From NCBI GenBank assembly GCA_021613535.1, contig CP075492.1:16120001-16184000 (forward strand): 64,000 nt of DNA, in the 5' to 3' direction. Shown piece by piece: positions 13,800 to 27,947 of the stretch. Source of the stretch: Adineta vaga (taxonomy: Eukaryota; Animalia; Rotifera). The notes below the pieces were generated by a model. That model saw only the letters and a list, made by a program, of their open reading frames with translations, had not been told where the DNA came from and did not search any database. The position numbers and the translations under genes are program-made. Numbering within the stretch: position 1 is the stretch's first letter; the number at the start of each line of letters is the position of its first letter.

Positions 13800-14063
13800 A
13801 TCGTGATTTTTGCATCAATATGTTTAGATTAAATGGAATGTTCTTATTATACTGATGAAAATATTTATGCAAATACGAATCTCGAGTTATTTAAACGACT
13901 AAAACATAGATATCTTCCTTGTGCAGCAATTCAAAATGGTAATTATGCTTGTGGAAACATCGACGAATTCTTGTATGGAGATGAAAATGAGTGTGAACCT
14001 CTTACTCGAAAGACGATATTTTTCAGAAAAGGAATTGAAGCTACACAAACAAATACATCTTGA
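13800..14063 (+). pseudogene. Fragment of an LDLa-like Cys-rich gene
   Basis: CAAIQNGNYACG...LYGDENEC resembles a degenerate LDL-receptor class A repeat; no complete gene is visible. Confidence 0.3.
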
Positions 14064-16065
14064 AGTACTATGTCGGCTGCTCATGTCTATAACATATTAT
14101 TATAACTACCGATACCTATATTACTAATTATGCAGTCGTCCAACTCTATACTGGATCACATAATCCTCACCAACATTCTCACAATAATTTAAAGTTTTCA
14201 TAAGATGTGCTAAAAGGATGAAGTGAAAGAAATACAAAGTTGATACACTTTAGTCCTTTTTTTTATCTCTGCGAATCTTTATATTCTTGTTTCGTTATTT
14301 ACATGCAGTCTGAGTATGTCATCAAGTAACGTTTTAGGTTGTTTCCAACAGATTTATCTGGTAACAAAAATAGAGATGGCTTTTTACCTTCAATGATTCA
14401 TATGTGGACAAAAAGAGATATAAAAGAGTAATTCTAGAGGGTGAGACATTACATCTTCAGCACACAGATAAAGTTCATTTACGACTCAAGTGATAGATCA
14501 AGCGGTAATAAAGAGAAAATTTTTTATATTTCACATTTATGAAAGAAACTACAGTGATTTAACTAGATCCTTAGACTTTATAGAATGTTATAAAATTCAT
14601 AGAGTTCGACTAGGCATCAGAATTGAGTAGTAAGAATATAATGTTGATTGGAAGAACAAGAGTATCGGGAAATCATGTATCGTAACATTATTAGCCGATT
14701 CAACGAGAATACCCGATGAATTAACTTATGGCAAAATGTGAAGTGGAAACTTATGTGAACAGGATGATTTATTTCGCTGTACCGGTCAGGAAAATAAGAA
14801 ATCTCTAATAAGACGGAAACATTTTATTCATCAAATGATCCAAAAAAATCTGTAGAATCTAAGAACACAGGATTCGCTTTTTCCTCACTGAATAGAATGG
14901 AATAACTCCACGGCATTTAGTGACATCGTGCGTCTGTAAAAGTACAGAAGTATTTGTTAGAGGACAAAAAAAAATAGAGATGTCAGAGGATCATGAATAA
15001 ATGATGTTGAACATGCTTTATTTTATTTCCTTCTTTTTTTTTGTAGCTGATAAGGTATGCACTTACTTTCTTCTATTTAATTTGTTGTTATCACTAAAAT
15101 CTTTTATCTAACTATTTCTAGAAATTGATGTTTTCATGGTAGTTCAAGAAAGTATTTATATATAAATAAATTGAAGTAGTAAGTATTTGTTCAAAAAAAG
15201 AAGTGAAGCTATTTTCTTTGGATATCTATAAATCTATTTGGAAAATTACTGTTCGTTTCAAGTTCAAAATTTACAAGCCAAATGTTGTTCATAATTGTTG
15301 ATAGTTTAGTGCTCCATATGGTGTTTTTAAATGTCTGCGTAAAATGATGTGAAGAGTTTTATAAATTTATGTGATCTTTTTTACTCTTTTGTTTATGAAT
15401 TTAGGATGTTTCAAAACATTCACGCTCCCATTTTTATCCTAAAATCAAACGATCTGATTAAGAATTTTATACCAAATTGTAGCGCGTAAAAAGAATTCAT
15501 GAGTGAGTGCGGAATCACGTAGTCATGATTAACAATGGAAGAAAGAAATAAAGAGAAGAAAAAAAAGGAAACAATGCATGCACATGTTGCACGTACAGAT
15601 AAGAGAAGAGTGGAGAAAAAGAGAATAAATAGTCAGCAGCATTTTTTCAACATTCTTTTTGTTCCTTCCGTTTCTTAAGTGTTTATTACTTGTAAAGATA
15701 ATTTTTTTCGTTACGTTAAAACTAGAACTAATAATCCTTAAATGGCGATAGTTATTTCACATATTTGGCACATCATAGTACAAGATCTTTTAATTATGTA
15801 ACAGGAAATATTTCGTCTAATTAGGGTTATTGATGAAACTGTTTATGCACTTCGATTTGGTATAAAATTGTAAATGAAATCATTTGACCTTATTATAGAA
15901 TCAGCGGAGAGGGATGTAAAGATTTTGAACCATTCTGTATTCATCGGTGCCAAATAGCTAGTTACAGGACAATTTGTCGCGGATAGTTCGTCGTCTCATG
16001 AAAAAGAAAAATTCTATGTGTAACGATGAATTTTCCTGATACCAGATTTATTATTTGTAGAATTA

Positions 16066-19000
16066 ATGGCAGAAACAATGAACACAACTGGAATGACAAA
16101 GGAAGAACTATTGATCATGACGACAGGAACTCACAAAAGGTATTTCTATTCTTGTTTTGTATGAATAAATACAATCTTTATATTTATCTAACAGATGGTC
16201 CAACACAGTATTTCGTAAATATTTCATTCAGTTTTATGTCAGATTTTGCTCTTTTTAAAAAGTTATCCATATAAGTTTCGACGGATTCATATAAGAAAGC
16301 ATTTTTTTATACTATATTACAAATCTAGAGAAGCCTAATAAGTAGTAATCTGAACTATATCATTTGCCTTCAAGAGTTGTTTGTAAGTCTTTATTGAAAG
16401 AAAGAAATCTTGAATAAATGGCGTTGTATTTGATTTTGCCGCGAATTGAATGGAATATTTATGAAATACTGAAATCATCACTTATATGTCATCAATTAGT
16501 TTATCAGTTCTTGAATATTGGTTTGATTTAGAGAACTTTTGTTCTTCTTTTTCTTTATAGAATCAATGAGGAGACCATAGATGGATACATAATCTTCAGC
16601 ATTCTCTATGGTTTGGGTAAGTGATGTTCGATTTGAATTCATTTGTTCGTCTGATCAGTTATGATAGACAGATGAATTTGTCTTTGGTTATTATAAACGT
16701 GATAATTGTTTAGTTGTCTTCTTGGGTGGTGTGGCTTTTTCAGTTTCCTATGCCATTGTACAAGGAGAAAGAGCCGAAATTATCAAACTTTTGGCTAGGG
16801 TGAAGATGTTATCCTAGGAAGAACTGAGACTTATTATTAACATCAATTTCACTTTATTGTAGAGCTACTTCATCTATCTGTATTGGGTATCCATCATTTG
16901 GATTACGTTTTGTATGATTGATATCCATCGACATCAACGCACTTCAAACAAATTAGATTCAAACCATATAAACTTGGCTGCGAATGATCATCTCACTCGA
17001 AACAAATGTAAATTAGCATCGACAGAAGCAAATAGAAAATCATCAATGGCAACTTATACTGATTTGCAAGCACCTTATGCGTCTGAAGAAGATCAATCAG
17101 ATAATAATGAAGATATACCTACTTCTAATAATCATCGCAATAAATTAAACTCTTTGAAAGATTTTTCACATCTATCATTGACAAAGAAACTGCCGACAGA
17201 TGTAACAGAAGATGTTGAGAATCGTGAGAATGCTCTCAATGCAATCGAACAACATGATTCTAGAATCTATTTACGTGATCGAAAGGACAACATTGTTAAA
17301 CACACTATCGGCTACAATTATGATGATAATTCTACCGTTGGTGGTCTCTATACTCGCATAGGCATCGGAAGTAAGTTGAACAAAAAAAGAAAAAAGGGGG
17401 CCTCTAATATTTAACAAAGATGGGATCACCTTGTATTCTTCCGAATCGAACCGAATAGACGATTTAAACAGGATACCATCGTTTGTTTTAGTTTTTTGTC
17501 TTGGTACAGTGATTCATTCAGCTCTATCGATTCTAAGTAATTTGGAAAATCATTTATGTATACGATGGATATCTGTCATTGATAATTCTTCGCGATTGCT
17601 CTTCAGCTTCATTCAATTCTTCTTTATTTTCAAACACTCGAACGTACGTTATTTTGAAATAATATAGGTTTAACATTGAGTATATTCTTTAGCTCATCAT
17701 TCGGTCTCATCAGAGTTCAGCTCGGTTGGCAATCATGCATATAGTGGTCACTAATTTGTGTGTATGGTAAGTTTACCGTTACTTAAATGAGAAAGACTTT
17801 TTATTTCATTTTCATATTTCGATACAAACATAATGTTTGAAAATAAAAATGTGAAATATTTTAATTCGTTTGATTTTTTTGTAATTTCTCTCGAATTGAC
17901 ATGTGGATGTATCGATTCTAGTTGATTATTTATTTGTAATCATAAACGATCTTTATTCCATATTGAACACTAATTTTTCGATATTTATGATTATCATAAG
18001 ATAATATTTTATAACGTATTTTAATAGGTTTCGCATGGTCGTCGTTGAAACTAAGTCGCAGATCTTGGAAATGAGAGAACATGGAGTAGGTTTAGCACAA
18101 CACAGTAGTACTGTTAATCACTTGACTAATGGTGAGTATTCTTTATCATATTTCTTTTATTCGCCTTTAACAAATTTCTCCAAATTGAAATAGCCAATCA
18201 AAGCATAATCTATCCTTCTCGTCATTTATTGAGCTTCAATCGGGAGTGTTTCAAGTTACGCGCCACTGGTTTACCAATTAGTACATTCATCTACGAAGGA
18301 TACATGAGATTGACACCAATTCTATATCCATGTACAATCGAATTTAGTCTCATGTGTCTCACAGTAAGTTCTCCTAGTTTTTAAACTCATTGCTATACAT
18401 TCTAACTGACTCTATCTAGTTGTTCTGTCTGATTTGGAAAAATATCGATAAAATATTTCTCCGTAAAATATCAGATAATGCATCGACAAAAAATGTTTTC
18501 TTGGTAAATTGTCATGCATCGTCAAAAGGTCTCTTTGCTGGATTGATCGTTTTCTCCTGTACAATGCTTTCGATCATTCTTTATGGTGTTTTACGACACA
18601 AATCGGATGATTCTGTCCATACGACACAACCTTCATTGGTTCATACGCATTCCAATGCACATATAGCAACAATATCGGATCCAACATTCTACGCTAATGC
18701 CATTCTTGAAATTGCTAATCTGTGTCTGTTGACGCTTTCGTTATGTGCCACTGTGTGGTCATTAATTCAAGTTCGCAAATTGAACTATCATCGCACAACA
18801 TCACGTGAGATAGAAAAGTAACAAAAAAAAAAGATGTTCCAATGTTATTTTGTCGAATAGGTTTCGATGATGTTCTCATGATTGTATCATTGACAGGCAT
18901 CTATTTGTATTCGGTCTTCAGTGCTTTCGCTATCATAAGCAACTTATCTTCATCAACATGGATTGCCCATGTCAAATTAGCAGTGATTATTTTAGGTATG

Positions 19001-19397
19001 ATACATAATTTTGCACGAGAGAATTGATAGATTAATTACCGACTAATCCTTTGTAGAATTCGTTGAAGGTACCGTGCACGCATTGTTCATTCTTATTGTG
19101 TTGCGCAAACGTATGAGACCAACTAGTAAACATGAATATCCAGCGCGCGAAATGATCGCTCTCTTAATTATACTTGATTTGAGTCTCTGGATTCAAAAAA
19201 CGACAACTACGACTAAATTTGAAGCTAATACAACTCAGCTGAACTTCTACAATGTTATTCCATGGTCGATCATTGCTGCAACCGCTACACCTCTTCAAAT
19301 ATTTTTTCGTTTTCATGCATCTGTTTGTCTTTCAAGTGTTTGGGGAGATATGTACAAATTACCGGTGTACGACCCAGTATCTTCTAGTGATTTGTGA
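16066..19397 (+). CDS. otop: Otopetrin-family proton channel (multi-exon)
   Basis: Family motifs GGLYTRIGIG.FCLGT, QFFFIFKHS, HIVVTNLCVWF..VV.ET, LYPCTIEFSL, VNCHASSKGLFAG, FDDVLMIVSLTG and PLQIFFRFHASVCL, with GT-AG introns between them. Confidence 0.92.
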
Positions 19398-20116
19398 TCT
19401 TTTTTTTAGTGCATGTTATTCTTTTTTGTATCCGTCTTGTAAATCATACATATATAGATGTAGAATGACTTTTGTTGCCCATTTTCAATACAAATGCAAT
19501 GATAAAGAAGAACAGCTATTTTGGGTTTCGGCTCTACTATAATCACAACGTGGTAACATACATTAGCTGTCTCATTTATATTTCAAAAGAATCAAACTTT
19601 TTCATTTTTATGTCTTTCCTGCTATAAAAACTAACTTTTTGTCGTTTGCATAAGATTTTCAAGAATGATTTGTTTTCATAGAAAAGTCAAACAAAATGAA
19701 GAGAATGTGATATGAAAGAGATGTTTATCTGTCACAAATATAGCAGTATTATATGCCTTCTTAATCATGTATCACGAATAATTATCTATATCAAGTGTGT
19801 AGTGAACATAATCAAACAGAATTCTATATTTTTATTTTCATTCTATCCATCAAACATCGTGCACAAAAGTTCTTATGGTTATATAAATAAATTAAATACA
19901 ATTGTAAGGTTTCTCTTAAGGATAATACAACACTTCCAATTTCATAGGAATGTGCTATAAAACACAGAATTGCAGTGATAATATCATTTTTCCCTTAATG
20001 TATCTGAAGATTTGAGTATTGACAATGCAGTCAATTCTTGACAAATACAGTTATGTGCTTGGTCTTATCAATTATTTTATTTGTTGAAAACTGACCTACA
20101 GTAATCAGTTAATCAA

Positions 20117-20197
20117 GTGCGTGTGGGTGTTGGTGTGAGACTCATGTGTTAATATGTTATCCCCACACCTACCCAAACCCTCAACACACCCACACCC
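20117..20197. repeat. Degenerate telomere-like junction J2
   Basis: gtgcgtgtgggtgttggtgtgag / spacer / ccccacacctacccaaaccctcaacacacccacaccc. Confidence 0.6.
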
Positions 20198-20299
20198 TTT
20201 TAAATGTACTTCAATTTTCTTTCAAAATCTTATGAAATTTCTATATTATTTCCATATTTTAATATCAATATTCACGTTTTTTAACTACACCAGTTTTTC

Positions 20300-20384
20300 T
20301 TTTGTACTTGGTTGTAATCCAATTGAATCATTATTTCGATCAACTTTATCTTGTCTTTACAATGAAACATGTTTACAATCATAA
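20300..20384 (+). pseudogene. Isolated fragment of the same Cys-rich membrane-protein family as 3850-7767
   Basis: VLGCNPIESLFRSTLSCLYNETCLQS matches the GC.P..S...STL.C.YN motif. Confidence 0.65.
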
Positions 20385-20407
20385 CAAGAAAAAAACACGA
20401 AGTTATT

Positions 20408-23400
20408 TTATGGATCTTGATCTTGTCCTAATCGTTTAACTGTAACATTTGAATCGACACGATTTCTATGTTTTTTCTTTTTTTTCTTTGTTGAATTGTT
20501 TGATGTTCCGATATTCATATTATTTTCTGTATTGGATTTTTCAATTGAAACATGATCAACACGAATAGTATTTCTTGATTCATTTCTTGATTTATCCGCA
20601 AGAGGAGAAAATGAAATATTTGATATCCAATGATTGGAATCTTTTTCAGGTAGTGCATGAATAATACGAATTGAATGTGATGATTTATGTGAGACAGGAG
20701 AATTGTTATCGTTATGTAAATGAAGAGTTTGTTTAGTAGATGATATACGATCAACACGAATGTTATTATGGGATTCATTTCCAGTTTGATTTGATATGGG
20801 AGAAACAAATGATGGAACTTTTATTATACGAATAGGAGATGATAAAGAATGATGTGATTCTTTTAAAGATTGAGATGATAATAAATTATTTATACGAGTA
20901 ATCTGAACATTATCTGTATTTTGAGATGTTGATCGTTCTTCTTCTTCTATAATATTATTCTTCTTTTGATTTGAATTTACTCGTGATATTTTTCTATTAT
21001 CATTATTTAATGTTTTTATAATTGGTAATTCATTATTCGGTGATTTCATTAAATGTTTATTTCTTGATTCATTTATTCTTTCATTAAGTTTTACTTTTTG
21101 AACAGAAACACCAGATATTGATGTTGGTGTTGTTTGATTATAATCATCATTTATTGAAAGTGAACTATCTCTTCCTAAATCAATTAATTCAGTTTCTTCA
21201 ACATTTGCAGTAACACAATCTTTTGTATCACTTAATGAACTTGATAATGTATTTGGACTTTCATTTGATCGACGAAAATGAAAATATTTCTTTCGTGGAA
21301 TTGTAAACATATCTGGTGAGATTGATTCGTGTAACCAAATACAATCAGGATTAATACAATGATCAATATGATATAGTTCATTATTTCCTTCTTTTTCAAA
21401 TCCATATAAACGATTACCAAGTAAACTATGAAATATTATAAAACAATCAATGTTTTTTCTTATTATTATTTGAAAATATACATACCAACAATAACGACAA
21501 CAAAAACAACAAATTAAACTTAAAGCAAGAAGACTTAAAACACCGATAATACTTCCAATCAATGGCCAATTGATTGGATCAGCTAAAATTATAAAATTAA
21601 ATTTTATATTGATAAGAAAAAAGAAGAAAATAAACGTTTTTTTGTTGTAGTTGTTGCCGTTGTTGAGGTTGTAGATGTTGTTGAAGTTGTTGTACTTGTT
21701 GTAGATGTTGTGGATGTTGTTGATGTCGTCGATGTTGTTGATGTTGTCGATGTTGTTGATCTGAAATAGTATAGTTACGAATTTATATAAATATATATAT
21801 ATATATCAAGTTTGTTTTTACGTAGTGCTACTTGTTGAAGATGTAGATGACGTAGAACTAAAAGTAAATAAGAAATTTATTCGAAGAGAAAAAGTTTTGT
21901 GAAAGATTACGTCGTAGCTGACGTGCTTGTTGTTGATGTACTACTTGTACTAGTTGAACTTGTGCTTGTTGAACTTGTCGAGGTGCTATAATGAAGTTAA
22001 TTTCAAAGTTATCAAAGAATATTTTTTCATATCGTCTTTAACCTGCTACTACTTGTCGAGGTTGTTCTAATTAAAATAAAATCATAGACAGAGTTATAAA
22101 ATCGAATATACTTACGACGTTGTTGTCGAACGACATGGTTCACCTGGACATGAACAAATAGGTTTATCAGATACAAAGAATTTAAAACAATATTGGGCTG
22201 ATTGAGATTTTTTACTACAACAACGAAAAAAAAACAATTTTTTCCTTTGTTCAAGATACTATTCTAATTCTCAACTTGTCAATAGCCATTGTACACATTA
22301 CTTGATAACCCAGTTGGGCATTCGTCGGTGACCATGTTAGATTTCGATAGTATAGTGTGGAACTCTGTTGAACAAGATTTCCTTTGATCATTCCAGTAAA
22401 CGAAAGTGTGGAAATATCGGAAATACTACTGGGCTGAGGACAACTATTCACTGCGTAAACTTGTGATTGATATGTTTGACCAAGACCAACAGCAATACAT
22501 TCTTGTTCTTGAGGAATACCAATGATTTCAGGTGGTGTTGGGCATGTTGGTGAAGGAACAACATGAGCAAGAAACTGAACAGGTACTGAACTTAATGGTG
22601 TTGAACTTGATGAACTTGTAAAATCTTCAACCTAGAAGTAACAGACAAAAATATTACTGCGAACAAAAAAGACCGAAACATAACTGACCACAACTGCGAC
22701 AGCGTACCACGCGTCATTTATTGTACCAGTAATAATCATTGTACAATTAGGAAAGATTTGTGTGCCGGATGGGAGTGAACCGGGTGGACAAACATCACCA
22801 CATTCATTAACTCCAGCACTGTTTGTTGCCCATCGACATCTCAAATTATCACCATCAGCATCACCTACTGGAATTTGAATGACTGTACGTACATTCCTAG
22901 GAATATTAATAGGTGACATCATCGTAGCAACAGGTGCGTTATTATAGAGACCAGTATCTGGTCTTTTTTTTAAATTGATACGTGCTGAAATGGCCCAATT
23001 GGCAGAAGAATCTGTTTGTAGGTCACGCCAAGCCCAGCCTTCATAAGCCACTGAAAAATCATCATTTACAGCTAAGTAACGTATGTCTGTACGTTGACCA
23101 ATAGAAACATCACCAACAGTTGAAAAATCAGTACAATATGGAATAACAGGAATATTAGAATATCCAGTTGAACCAGAACCACAATTGTATATACATACGA
23201 GTCTTTCAGCCGCAACGTCCCTGTCATCAACGTCGACGATCAATCCACTCCCGGAAATTAAACTATTCGTACATTTCATTTCAGTATAAGTCCAGGAGTA
23301 CGTTTGAGTAATAGCAACAGCAATTGGCGATCCTGTAGCTGATGCATTTACGGGCTTCCATGTTATCGTACCACCAAGAAAATGTTCACTATTTACGAAT

Positions 23401-23444
23401 AAAATTCTCCAAAAACATATATAAACTAGGAATATCTTTTTCAT
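20408..23444 (-). CDS. Type I membrane/adhesion-like protein: signal peptide, 'HF.GGTITW' ectodomain, Ser/Thr mucin stalk, TM, low-complexity tail
   Basis: Signal peptide, then SEHFLGGTITWKP...NNAPVATMMSP...DADGDNLRCRW (integrin-beta-like/Sib-type ectodomain, from memory). S/T-rich small exons at ~21636-22066. TM GSIIGVLSLLALSLICCFCC. Confidence 0.75.
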
Positions 23445-24240
23445 TGGGAAGAAAATGTTATCGATGTTTCATGCAAATATAGAATAAAACTGACAGAAAA
23501 AATTCAAATATTCATTATGTTTTGTCTGTATTTGTATGAAATGAAAAACAGAACAGAATTTTTTTTTATTTTGTATTCAATTGAATATGTTATTTCTAAG
23601 GTTTACAGTTGAAGCTCTAGCATCGCTCATTTTTACTCATTATTTTATACTGGCATACTTTCTTCTAATTAGATTTCTGTTTTTTCTAATTAAATTAAAG
23701 CGAAAGTCATACCGATGACTTCTTTTGTTAGATATGAAAAAGAATTCATATTCATAGATCTAACGAACAAAGAGAACATTTGTCAAAAATGAATTATGGT
23801 TTTAGAAGAGTATTTTCAGTATATACGCTAGAGATTCATTGAAATAATATCAAAAAGAACTTTTCATTACTTTATTAGATATTTTCAAAAGTATGTTGTC
23901 AACAGTAATGCACTTGATGTGATCATTATGTATTCAAATGGTGTATTTCTTTCATAAAAAGACTGTAGGATGAAAATGAATTTGCACTTGTGTTTCATTC
24001 TTTGTGAACAATGCAGAGTATATCGTAAAAACGAACTACAAGTTCTTTATTTTGAATAAATTGGTTTGATTAACGAGAAAAAAGAAAGGATTTTTTTCGT
24101 TTGACTTTCTCATTTGTGAGTCGAATTCAAATCGATAAGTCACTTTCATTCCTGCATGAAAAATCTCATCTTTATTTTATCAAGTTTTACTTGAGCTGAT
24201 TTCATTTCCATCAAATCATAAAGATTTTATACTGCCTATT

Positions 24241-24320
24241 TCTTGAGGGTGGGTGTGGGTGTGGGTGTAGGGTGTGGGGTTAGTGCGGATGTATCTTCCT
24301 CAACCACACTCACCTTCAAC
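24241..24320. repeat. Telomere-like head-to-head junction J3
   Basis: TCTTGAGGGTGGGTGTGGGTGTGGGTGTAGGGTGTGGGG / spacer / cctcaaccacactcaccttcaac. Confidence 0.85.
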
Positions 24321-25880
24321 TTCTAATACTTTTTTTAATTGTTCATTGGTAAAATGTTGAAATGGACCAATTAAACGAAATAAGGATTGAGAAATCAATG
24401 ATTTTCCATCACCAGTTCTTTCGAAGACAACGATTTTATTTCGTGGAATAATTTTGAAATTAATTCTTTTTAGAACTGGTTCAAATTCTGATTCTTCCTT
24501 AGTAACAATTCTTTTCTTCGAGCAAATATAAAGATTCATCACTTGTCGTAAAATTTTCCGCTTCTATCGATTGTCGAATAGTCCATTGAAAAATTTCAGT
24601 TCAATTTATAGATTAAGATAAAGCTCAAGCAACTGCTGAAAAATACTAATTTAACGATCTGTATAAATAAAAAAGAAAGAAAATATGTGAATTTGCATTG
24701 ATTTTTGTTGAAGAAATAAAGTGAAAAATTCAGTTGAATCTGAAACCATAGTAAATGATTGTATTTGTATCATAAAATTTCATAGAATCTTAATAAAATA
24801 TATAAAATACCTTTAAATATATTATTATGTAATACAGATTCACCACGTAACAGATTAAATGAAAGAAATATTTAATCAACTACCAATGACTAAACCAAAA
24901 TAAACATAAGCATAACGAACTTCACGTTGATTTGTTGTTTTCTATAAATCGTTCGATGAATCTTATTTTTCAATTTGACCATTATTTAGTAAAATACAAT
25001 GATCAAATTCGATTTGATGTATACCTAACATTCGACTTTTGTTTTTCTTACAATTCATTCATTAAAATCGATCATCAAATAAATAAATATTTTTATCAGT
25101 ATATAAAAGCACGTGTAAGAGATAAACGTGATGTTTGTCCGCTACTTAAATTCACATCTTTTTCACCAATATTTGTATTAAATCTGCAAATAATTGAGAA
25201 AATAGAATATTCTGACGAATTGTTCCATAAAAGCTCTAAGTAGTTTGACTTGTATCTTTCATTAACAAAATTTCATCAAGAATCGCTGCTAAACGTGAAG
25301 ATTTACATGAACCTATCGCACTGATAATTCCAATTAATATCAACCAATTTTCAGCAAATAAAGGTAAAACAAACAAATAAAATATCCATATTAATCGCAC
25401 AAATTTGCTTCACTTTAAGATTTATTTAATTATTTTCACATGTTTATCTGATTATTTAATTGTATAAGAGAACAAGAAAAAGTCATCAGCGGATCAAATT
25501 AAGATAAAAACAATGATTTCTTCAAATAGTGTTTCTCATATTTGGTGTAAACTAACATTTAATTCTTTCAATTTCTCCACATTATTCGAAATGAAATTAA
25601 CAATTTGATCTGTCGTTGTTTTGATTAATAAACTTGTTCATAATCTTTTATAAATTATCGAAGAAAATCCAAATTCGTATATGTAAACCAACACGAGTTA
25701 ATAAAAAGAAATATTATTGATTTGAAATTACTTGAATAACATTTAACAATCCTTAACCATCCATAGTATCAATATACCGAGTTATTTGAAGAGATTTCTT
25801 TTGTTTTTTTCTTTCGTCGTGTTTGAAGAATAAAAATTACCTTTGTTTGTTCTTTTACTTGGAGAATCAAAAAGTGATGT
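24321..25880 (-). pseudogene. Heavily decayed ABCC (MRP4-like) transporter pseudogene
   Basis: Collinear relics KTTTDQIVNFISNNVEK, GSCKSSRLAAILDEI (Walker A), GTIRQNILF, IYLFDD, FQWTIRQSIEAENF, VLKRINFKI...RTGDGKS...LFRL and PFQHFTNEQL. Recognisable homology ends at J3. Confidence 0.8.
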
Positions 25881-26179
25881 CATTTCTTGGGGATGTGTAA
25901 TTTTATTCTAAATTGATTTGATGGTTTTTATCAATGATGAAATAAAAGCTTTTTCATTCAAAAGATTTCAAATTCAACTTATATTTTTTACGTTCCTTTC
26001 ATTGATTTGATAGGAGAAAAATACGAATTAGGTAGTGATGGCAGTTCGGCACCTTTTCAAATCTTACATACCAACTTGTTTTCGTGTTCAAGTTCCTAGA
26101 TTTTTCGCTTGATGATTTGACTATAGTGAAGAAAGAGAAAAAATCATTTCATTATATCAAACAAAAATATATTTTCTAA

Positions 26180-27947
26180 TTATTTTTCTACCGAAATTTT
26201 ATTTATCTTAAAAAACAACTTTTCTTTTTCTTTTTCTCTTTCGAAATCAAATCGAACGATTCGATAATTCCAACAATCTGAAACATAAAGATTTCCTTCA
26301 AAATCAAATGATAAACCAACGGGACTATTCAATTGATTTGATTCTCTTCTTGGACTATTTCCACCAACAGCAATCGAACCTTCTCCATCTCCTTCATACC
26401 ATCGCATTATTCGATGATTATTACAATCTGCCACAAAGATTTGATTCCATTCATCAACAAACAATCCTTGAGGAGAATTCAATTGATTGAGACTGTTTCC
26501 TTGACCATTTCCTCCAGCCACAACAATTCCTTCATTCGCATCTTTCCTCCATTTCATCACACGATGATTACCCGAATCTGAAACATAAAGAGATTGATCT
26601 TCATCAACAAAGATGAACGAAGGACAATTGAGTTGATTTCGGTGATTCCCTCTTCCATTCCCACCTGCAACTAATGTTCCTTCTTTGTTTTCATTAATGT
26701 TTTCTAACTTCCATTTTCTCACTTCATTCTTCTCTCGATCAGAAACATAAAGAAATCCATGTTGATCCATTGTTAAACCATAACAAAGAATATTTTCGAT
26801 GAGAATCTGTTGCTTTTGATCTCTTGACCATCGCATTACTTGTCTATTCTCTTGATCAGCAATGATGATTGAATGATTTTGTTGATCAAGAATCACATCT
26901 GTTGGTCTCTTCAATTGATCCATTCTATTTCCTTGTCCATCTCCACCTGCAAGGATGTGTCCTTGTTCTTCATCACATTTCCATTCAACAATACGATAGT
27001 TCCAGCAATCAGCAACGGCAATCGTTTTGCTTTCATCTATAAAGATTCCATGAGGACCATTGAGTTGATTTAATTGACTTCCTTGTCCATTTCCTCCCGC
27101 AACAATCGTTCCATTTTGTTGAAACGTTGATTCTAGAAAAAAAAGAGAAAAATTCTCTTTTGATTAATAAAAACGACTTTTCGAAGAAAAATGAAAGAAC
27201 TCCATTTTTTTTGTTAAATTCATGAAATTTTCGTTGTTCAATTCAATTGTTAAAATGATTTGTTGATAATAGTTGTGAATTATATAGCGCAGAAAGAAAT
27301 TCAAAGAAAAGTTTTTGTTAACAAATTATCAAAAATTTTGAACAGAAAAATCGATTTAGAGAATGATTAAATGGAAAATATTTATCGAACTGAAACATAA
27401 AGATTCAATGATTTTATTTTCACTTACTCTTTGATAAAACAATTGAAATTGAATTAATAAGTCCTTGACGATGTTCTTCAATTGAAATATTTGATGGATT
27501 ATTCAGTTGCCCATTAATTTTATTTAAGTATCCTCTTAAATCATTCAAATCAATTTCATTAAATTCATTTTCTCGTTGAATTGCTTTGATTTGTTCACTT
27601 AGTTCGTTTAACCTTTTTTCGGTGTCTTTAAAAGATATTTTGGAACATTTAACAACAATTTGTCGACATTTTTTAGCTGTTTGTTGAATTGTTTGAATTG
27701 AATTTGTTTCCCATTGATTAATTTGTTTGATCAATGAATGATTTTGTATATTTGATTTCAGTTCGTTTATTCTTTGTCTAAATTGATCATAATCATTGAC
27801 AACAACATTTAATTCTTCATTTAATAATTGTTGATGTTCATTGAAATCTTTTTGACAAAATTCTTTTGAACAACCTTGGCATTGAGTTATAAATTTTTTA
27901 TATTTCAGACATTTGAAACATTTTTTTGTATTATTTGCCATAGCCAT
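26180..27947 (-). CDS. B-box/coiled-coil + NHL-repeat protein (TRIM-NHL-like), copy 1
   Basis: Exon 1 has CFKC...CQGCSKEFC..DF.EH plus a coiled coil. Exon 2 (~27132-26180) has NHL repeats. Confidence 0.85.
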
